Assembly (NCBI GenBank): GCA_041659405.1 | Contig: JBAZYK010000003.1 | Span: 30,001 to 62,000 of the forward strand | Reading direction: 5' to 3' | From: Candidatus Altimarinota bacterium | GTDB lineage: Bacteria > Patescibacteriota > Gracilibacteria > UBA1369 | Length of the DNA stretch: 32,000 nucleotides | Part shown: in pieces, positions 26,181 to 32,000 of the stretch | Numbering within the stretch: the stretch's first letter is position 1 | How the letters are laid out: the number at the start of each line of letters is the position of its first letter | Position numbers and translations under genes: made by a program | The notes under the pieces: generated by a model | What the model was told of the DNA's origin: nothing | Database searches by the model: none | The model's input: only the letters and a program-made list of their open reading frames with translations

Positions 26181-29100
26181 ATGAACGTTACTCCTGTCGA
26201 AAACAAGAAAGATACAATCATTGATACGTTCGATGCGATATCCGTTTCGGTAGCTTCTCCCGAAGAGATCCTTTCCTGGTCTCATGGTGAAGTCAAAAAA
26301 CCGGAAACAATTAACTATCGCACTCAAAAACCGGAACGCGATGGACTTTTTTGTGAACGCATTTTTGGGCCAACCAAAAACTGGGAATGTTATTGTGGAA
26401 AATACAAGCGCATTCGCTACAAGGGTGTGATTTGTGAAAAGTGCGGAGTTGAAGTAACCCGTTCATCTGTACGCCGAAATCGCATGGCGCACATCAAACT
26501 GGCCGTTCCCGTTACTCATATCTGGTTCCTGCGCTCAACTCCAAGCCGTATTGGTTTGTTGGTTGATCTGCCAATTAAAGCGATTGAACAGGTTGTTTAT
26601 TTTGCCGCTTACGTCATTACTTCCGTAGATGACAAAGCCAAAATAGAGGCAAAAGAACAACTCATGGTCGAATATAAAAATTATCGCAAAAAGTTGCAGG
26701 ACGAAGCCACAGGTAGAAAAGGAGTCGACACCGATGAAAAAAATTCCAAATCCTCGAACGACAAAGAATATGTTCAAAAATTGGAAGAGCTTGATGAACA
26801 ACACAAAATCGCCAAAGACGAATTGGAAGGTCTTAAGATTTGCAAAATCTATTCCGAGTTGGAATATCGTGATCTTTCCATGAAATTCGGTCATATTTTC
26901 AAAGCCGGAATTGGTGCAGAAGCTATGCGCACAATTATCCAAAACCTTGATCTTGATAAACTGATCGCCCAACTGGAACAGGATCTTAAAAAAGCTTCCG
27001 GTCAAAAACAGAAAAAAATCATTAAGAGAATCAAACTTGCCGGATCTTTAAAAAAGGCTGGAATCAAAGCAGAATGGATGATTATGACTGTTCTTCCTGT
27101 AATTCCACCTGATCTTCGTCCAATGGTTCAATTGGATGGTGGCCGTTTTGCCGCTTCCGATCTTAATGATCTTTATCGCCGCGTAATCAACCGTAACAAT
27201 CGTCTTAAGAGATTGATGGCAATTGGTGCTCCGGAAGTTATCTGCCGCAATGAAAAACGTATGCTTCAGGAAGCCGTTGATACACTTTTAAATAACTCAG
27301 CACGTGCCGGAAAAACCGTTTTCAACTCCGGTGATAAACGCAAACTTCGTTCACTTTCCGACATGCTTAAAGGTAAGCAGGGCCGTTTCCGTCAAAACTT
27401 ACTTGGTAAACGTGTGGATTACTCCGGTCGTTCCGTAATTGTGGTTGGTCCAAAACTTAAACTGCATCAATGCGGTCTGCCAAAATCCATGGCGCTTGAA
27501 CTATTCAAACCTTTCGTAATTGGAAGATTGATCCGCGATGGCTACGCTCACAACATTAAGAGCGCCGAAAAATTACTCCAGGGTGGTAAAAAAGAAGTTT
27601 GGGATATTTTGGAAGAAGTAACTCACGATCATTATGTACTTTTGAATCGTGCTCCTACATTGCATCGTCTTGGTATTCAGGCTTTCCAACCAGTATTGGT
27701 AGAAGGTAAAGCTATTCAAATTCATCCATTGGTTTGTGCGGCCTTCAATGCCGACTTTGATGGTGATCAGATGGCTGTACACGTACCACTTTCCCGCCAA
27801 GCCCAGGAAGAAGCCAAAGAATTGATTGTTTCCAGACACAACCTTCTAAAACCATCTGCCGGCGATCCAATTATCGCTCCGGCTCAGGATATGGTACTTG
27901 GTTGTTATTATGTTACAAAAGTCACTGCGGGCAAAAAAGGTGAAGGTATGGCGTTTGCAGATATTGACGAGGCTATGTTGGCTTACCGCCTTGGTCATCT
28001 CCATTTACAGGCTCCAATCAAGGCCCGTGTACATGGTCAAATTATGGAAACAACTCTTGGCCGCATGATCTTCAACAGTTTCGTACCAAAAGAACTTGGA
28101 TACATCAACAAAACTATCGGCAAAAAACAATTGGGCGAAATTATTGCTGATTGTTTCACTAAATCCGGTCAGGATGCCACAGCTATTTTTGCCGATGATC
28201 TTAAACGTATCGGTTTCATGTTCGCGACTGTTTCCGGAATTTCGATTTCCGCTTCCGACATGATCGTTCCAAAGAAAAAAGCTGCCATCATCGATGAAGC
28301 TTCCGAAAAAATCAAAGAAATCACAAACCTTTTCTCGATTGGTTTGATGACCGACGATGAACGTTATAACAAAGCCATTAAAGTTTGGTCACAGGCTAAA
28401 GCCGACATTTCTGTAGAAATGATTGCCGCCATTCCGGAAGAAAACGATCTTCATTACATGATTAACTCCGGAGCCCGCGGTAACTGGGGACAAATTACCC
28501 AGCTTTGCGGTACAAAAGGCCTGGTTGCAAATCCTGCCGGTCGTACAATTGAACTTCCAATTAAATCCAACCTTAAAGAAGGCTTTACCATCTTGGAATA
28601 CTTCATTGCGACACATGGAGGACGTAAAGGTAAATCCGATACTGCTCTTAAGACAGCTGAAGCCGGCTATCTGACCCGTCGTCTGGTTGATGCCGTTCAG
28701 GATGTTATCATTAAAGAAAACGATTGCGGATCCAAACATTCCCATGCAATAACCCGTGCCGAAAGTGCCCGCATTGGTGAACATTTTGAAAACCGTATTT
28801 ATGGCCGTGTACTCGCTAAAGAAATCGCTCATTCAAAAACCGGTGAAATCATTGCTGAAAAAGGAGTCGAAATTGACAATGAGATCATTAAACAATTAAG
28901 TGAGGCCAAAGTTGATGAAGTTGAAGTTCGTTCAGTTATGACTTGTCAGACCGAAGGAGGTATCTGTATCAAATGTTACGGTAAAGATTTGGGAACAAAC
29001 CACACCGTAGAAATCGGTACAGCGGTTGGCATTATTGCCGCTCAAAGTATCGGTGAACCTGGTACACAGCTTACAATGCGTACGTTCCATATGGGTGGTG

Positions 29101-30092
29101 TTGCCGGTGAAGGTGATATTACTCAGGGTCTTACCCGTGTTGAAGAACTTTTTGAAGCCCGCATTCCAAAATCCCCTGCTTTCCTTTCAGAAATTTCCGG
29201 TCGCGCAAAAATCAGCCATAAAGGTCATTTGGCGGAAATCACCATTACTTCAGAAAAACCGGTTGAACAAACATATCTTATTACATCCGATCTTGCTGCC
29301 GTAGTTAAAAAAGGCGACAAGGTAAAACAAAAGGATGTAATCGCAAAATCTCCAAATACCAAAGAAGTAATCCGTGCGGAAGAGAACGGTAAAGTGGTTG
29401 AAGTTACGGTTGAACACATCAAGGTTTTGTCTGATGCAAATATCGAAAAAGAATATAAGATTCCATTTGGTAAAACCATTAAGGTAACAAATAATGCTTT
29501 GGTTAAAAGGGGTGACGCTTTAACTGCCGGTCACCTTAATCTTCGCGAGTTGATGGGCTTAACGGACATTTACACCGTTGAAAAATACATCATGACCGAG
29601 GTTCAAAGTATTTATGCTTCTCAGGGTCAAACAATTAACGACAAGCACATCGAAATTATTGCCCGCCAAATGCTTTCCAAGGTAAGAGTTATGGACACAG
29701 GTGATACAAATTTCTTGCCCGGTGAAATTGTGGACATTATTCAGCTCGAAACTGCCAATCGTGAACTTGAAAAGAAGGATGGAAAAAGAGGAAAATCAGA
29801 AAGACTTTTACTTGGTCTTACACGTATCGCGCTCCACACAGAAAGTTGGCTTTCCGCCGCTTCCTTCCAGGAAACAATTCGTGTATTGGTTGAAGCCGCT
29901 ACCACAAATCGCATTGACCGCCTTGAAGGTCTGAAAGAAAACGTAATTATCGGTAAACTTATTCCTGCAGGCGCAACCTTCCGCAAACTACATCCTGAAC
30001 TTATTCCTGCGGAACAAAAAGCAGCTGAAGCCGCTGCCGCTGCTGCCAAAAGAGATGCACCTATCGAAGCCCGCAAATTCGCGGTAGTCTAA
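26181..30092 (+). CDS. rpoC: DNA-directed RNA polymerase subunit beta'
   Basis: NADFDGDQMAVHVPLS catalytic motif, PSRIGLLVDLPIKAIEQVVYF, AAQSIGEPGTQLTMRTFHMGG. Confidence 0.98.
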   Translation: MNVTPVENKKDTIIDTFDAISVSVASPEEILSWSHGEVKKPETINYRTQKPERDGLFCERIFGPTKNWECYCGKYKRIRYKGVICEKCGVEVTRSSVRRNRMAHIKLAVPVTHIWFLRSTPSRIGLLVDLPIKAIEQVVYFAAYVITSVDDKAKIEAKEQLMVEYKNYRKKLQDEATGRKGVDTDEKNSKSSNDKEYVQKLEELDEQHKIAKDELEGLKICKIYSELEYRDLSMKFGHIFKAGIGAEAMRTIIQNLDLDKLIAQLEQDLKKASGQKQKKIIKRIKLAGSLKKAGIKAEWMIMTVLPVIPPDLRPMVQLDGGRFAASDLNDLYRRVINRNNRLKRLMAIGAPEVICRNEKRMLQEAVDTLLNNSARAGKTVFNSGDKRKLRSLSDMLKGKQGRFRQNLLGKRVDYSGRSVIVVGPKLKLHQCGLPKSMALELFKPFVIGRLIRDGYAHNIKSAEKLLQGGKKEVWDILEEVTHDHYVLLNRAPTLHRLGIQAFQPVLVEGKAIQIHPLVCAAFNADFDGDQMAVHVPLSRQAQEEAKELIVSRHNLLKPSAGDPIIAPAQDMVLGCYYVTKVTAGKKGEGMAFADIDEAMLAYRLGHLHLQAPIKARVHGQIMETTLGRMIFNSFVPKELGYINKTIGKKQLGEIIADCFTKSGQDATAIFADDLKRIGFMFATVSGISISASDMIVPKKKAAIIDEASEKIKEITNLFSIGLMTDDERYNKAIKVWSQAKADISVEMIAAIPEENDLHYMINSGARGNWGQITQLCGTKGLVANPAGRTIELPIKSNLKEGFTILEYFIATHGGRKGKSDTALKTAEAGYLTRRLVDAVQDVIIKENDCGSKHSHAITRAESARIGEHFENRIYGRVLAKEIAHSKTGEIIAEKGVEIDNEIIKQLSEAKVDEVEVRSVMTCQTEGGICIKCYGKDLGTNHTVEIGTAVGIIAAQSIGEPGTQLTMRTFHMGGVAGEGDITQGLTRVEELFEARIPKSPAFLSEISGRAKISHKGHLAEITITSEKPVEQTYLITSDLAAVVKKGDKVKQKDVIAKSPNTKEVIRAEENGKVVEVTVEHIKVLSDANIEKEYKIPFGKTIKVTNNALVKRGDALTAGHLNLRELMGLTDIYTVEKYIMTEVQSIYASQGQTINDKHIEIIARQMLSKVRVMDTGDTNFLPGEIVDIIQLETANRELEKKDGKRGKSERLLLGLTRIALHTESWLSAASFQETIRVLVEAATTNRIDRLEGLKENVIIGKLIPAGATFRKLHPELIPAEQKAAEAAAAAAKRDAPIEARKFAVV

Positions 30093-30134
30093 TCGACTTG
30101 CATTTCAAAAAATTGCAGTGTAAAGTGGGCAAGC

Positions 30135-30163
30135 CTCTGCCTAGAACAAGAGATCAGAGGCTC
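30135..30163 (+). repeat. inverted repeat/hairpin GCCTCTG-N15-CAGAGGC
   Basis: Perfect 7-bp arms in the rpoC-rpsL intergenic region, no T tract. Confidence 0.7.
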
Positions 30164-30218
30164 CAAATCCAATATTCCAAGCTATTAATTCTAAATCATT
30201 AATCCTAAGTCATAAAAA

Positions 30219-30632
30219 ATGCCAACAATTAATCAACTCATACGTCACCCACGCCGCAATAAAAGAAGCAAATCAAAATCACCGGCACTTCAAACCACAT
30301 TCAATACTTTGAAGAACTCCAGCATCAATCTTCCATGTCCTCAAAAACGTGGCGTATGCATCAAGGTTGGTACTATGACTCCAAAAAAACCTAACTCCGC
30401 TCTCCGCAAATTTGCCCGTGTTCGTTTAACAAACGGAATCGAGGTAAATGCCTATATCCCGGGTGAAGGACACAATTTACAGGAACATTCGGTTGTAATG
30501 ATTCGTGGCGGAAGAGTTAAGGATTTACCAGGTGTACGTTACCACATCATCCGCGGTAAACTTGATACACAGGGTATCCAAACCCGCAGACAGGGACGTT
30601 CCCGTTATGGTACTAAGAGACCAAAGAAATAA
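30219..30632 (+). CDS. rpsL: 30S ribosomal protein S12
   Basis: [53 protein letters not shown]. Confidence 0.98.
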   Translation: MPTINQLIRHPRRNKRSKSKSPALQTTFNTLKNSSINLPCPQKRGVCIKVGTMTPKKPNSALRKFARVRLTNGIEVNAYIPGEGHNLQEHSVVMIRGGRVKDLPGVRYHIIRGKLDTQGIQTRRQGRSRYGTKRPKK

Positions 30633-30712
30633 CCACGCACAGCGGTACACAACAGTGAGGCCAGCCGGCCGAACTCACCAATTACTAATTACTAATTATT
30701 AATTAAAAGGAA

Positions 30713-31168
30713 ATGGCACAAAAAAGATCACTCTACATTCCAGAAAATTCAAACCCTCTTCAAGAAAAGTTCATCAACTATCTCATGAAGGATGGCAAGA
30801 AAAATACAGCGCGCAAAATTTTCAAAGATATGCTCGAAATTTTGATTGAAAAAGGCAACAAAGAACCAGGCAAAGTATTTGAAAAAGCAATTGAATCCGT
30901 AAAACCTACTCTGGAAATTAAAGCAAAACGTATTGGTGGCGCCGTTTACCAGATTCCAATCGAAGTAAAACCGGGTCGTCAACTTATGCTTGCTTTCCGT
31001 TGGTTGCTAGAAGGTGCACGTGGCAAAAAAGGCTCTCCAATGGCTCAAAAGCTTGCTGATGAACTTCTTGCCGCTTCCAATGGTGAAGGTCTGGCAATCA
31101 AGAAGAAAGAAGACACAATGAAGATGGCTCAAGCCAACAAAGCCTTCGCTCACTACGCAAAATACTAA
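30713..31168 (+). CDS. rpsG: 30S ribosomal protein S7
   Basis: KFINYLMKDGKKNTARKIF, PTLEIKAKRIGGAVYQIPIEVKPGRQLMLAFRWLL. Confidence 0.98.
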   Translation: MAQKRSLYIPENSNPLQEKFINYLMKDGKKNTARKIFKDMLEILIEKGNKEPGKVFEKAIESVKPTLEIKAKRIGGAVYQIPIEVKPGRQLMLAFRWLLEGARGKKGSPMAQKLADELLAASNGEGLAIKKKEDTMKMAQANKAFAHYAKY

Positions 31169-31210
31169 AAGAGATCATCCGGCCCACGGGCCAAAATCCT
31201 ACAAGAATTC

Positions 31211-31244
31211 AAAAGAGTCCCACTCAACCGGGGCTCTTTTTTTG
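31211..31244 (+). terminator. rho-independent terminator after rpsG
   Basis: AAAAGAGTCCC-actcaacc-GGGGCTCTTTTTTT; 11-bp stem with one GU pair. Confidence 0.92.
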
Positions 31245-31374
31245 TGACGATTCTTAGCTATAAAATCCAGACATTTCCAAAACGTACTTTTTCTTGATAC
31301 AATCAAGCAGAAAGCATCGCAAGACATTAGGTGTGTGAAAACAATTTGAATTTTTAAAACTTAACAAAATACAG

Positions 31375-31569
31375 ATGAATGACAAAAAAAGACAGGCAGA
31401 AGCCGAAATTGTAAAAGAAGCGGTTTCTAAATTGGATGGTCATCCAACTAAAGATGATGATGTAGAGGCAATAAGAAAAAAAATGGCAAGAGCAGCGGAA
31501 TTATCTCCAAGTTCTGCAATCAGAATGGGGCGGAATTTTTTAAAAGAAACTGATCCTAAAAAACATTAA
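31375..31569 (+). CDS. hypothetical small charged protein
   Basis: 64-aa ORF. Confidence 0.5.
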   Translation: MNDKKRQAEAEIVKEAVSKLDGHPTKDDDVEAIRKKMARAAELSPSSAIRMGRNFLKETDPKKH

Positions 31570-31662
31570 AAAATCAAATTGTCATCACACAACAGCGCGT
31601 AACCGGTTCACCTGCGGGCTCACTCAAATTTTTTCTTAACCTTAATTTAGAAATAAAATATT

Positions 31663-31917
31663 ATGAACAAAGTAGAATTTATAGGCTTTGTAGCAGGGAT
31701 ACTGGTAGCAATTTCTGTACTACCACAAGTTATTAAGTCGTGGAAAACCAGATCCACAAAAGATGTTTCAATAATGTGGAGTATCATTAATCTGGCCGGG
31801 CAAATGTTATGGATAGTTTATGGGGCTTACATTGGGAGTAACGCACTTGTAATCATGAGTAGTATTACATTGATAATGAATGTTTCAATGGTAATTCTAA
31901 AACTGAAGTTCGGCTAA
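31663..31917 (+). CDS. SemiSWEET / MtN3-PQ-loop family transporter
   Basis: GFVAGILVAISVLPQVIKSWKTRSTKDVSIMWSIINLAGQMLWIVYG. Confidence 0.92.
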   Translation: MNKVEFIGFVAGILVAISVLPQVIKSWKTRSTKDVSIMWSIINLAGQMLWIVYGAYIGSNALVIMSSITLIMNVSMVILKLKFG

Positions 31918-32000
31918 GAAAAAATTTAACAGCGCCCAACCGGTTAGGCTCGAACGTTGTGTGAATTTCTTGTTTTTACTTACTTCAATTAATCACTATT

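Noticed and set aside
21037-30092. Possible UGA recoding as in Gracilibacteria/SR1
   Set aside because: rpoB and rpoC are fully open with no in-frame TGA, and several genes (e.g. 12973-13479, 15107-15376) end with TGA, consistent with the standard code.
1-32000. CRISPR arrays, tRNA/rRNA genes, integrase or transposase genes
   Set aside because: Scanned for regular spaced repeats, cloverleaf arms and recombinase motifs; none were recognised, so any integron or mobile interpretation rests only on the candidate sites.

Overview
The window is a gene-dense bacterial segment that looks CPR/Peregrinibacteria-like (my inference from gene content, short HrcA and protein style, not established here). 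It uses the standard genetic code: long core ORFs have no in-frame TGA, and TGA is used as a stop. Housekeeping content: class 1 FBPase, FtsL-like protein, RsmH, COG2426-type membrane protein, Sua5/YrdC, type I GAPDH, hrcA-grpE-dnaK, SIMPL protein, serS, a TIM-barrel sugar isomerase-like protein, rpoB-ssb-rpoC, rpsL, rpsG and a SemiSWEET. An accessory stretch at about 12.1-15.5 kb carries a degenerate HNH/Zn-finger protein, a zinc-ribbon protein, a retropepsin-like aspartic protease, an HExxH zincin and an AbrB antitoxin with a truncated PIN toxin. Sites resembling integron attC lie between some of these genes. The most notable non-coding signals are: (1) a perfect 18-bp inverted repeat with a competing 9-bp hairpin between rpoB and ssb; (2) the same layout of -35, 17-nt spacer, and -10 inside a CIRCE loop upstream of both dnaK and hrcA; (3) long Lys/Ala/Pro-rich N-terminal extensions on both RsmH and RpoB; (4) a recurring AT-rich TAATTACTAATTATTAATTA-type leader just upstream of several start codons, with Shine-Dalgarno motifs mostly absent. 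No tRNA, rRNA or CRISPR was recognised. All homology calls are from recall of motifs; no searches were run.
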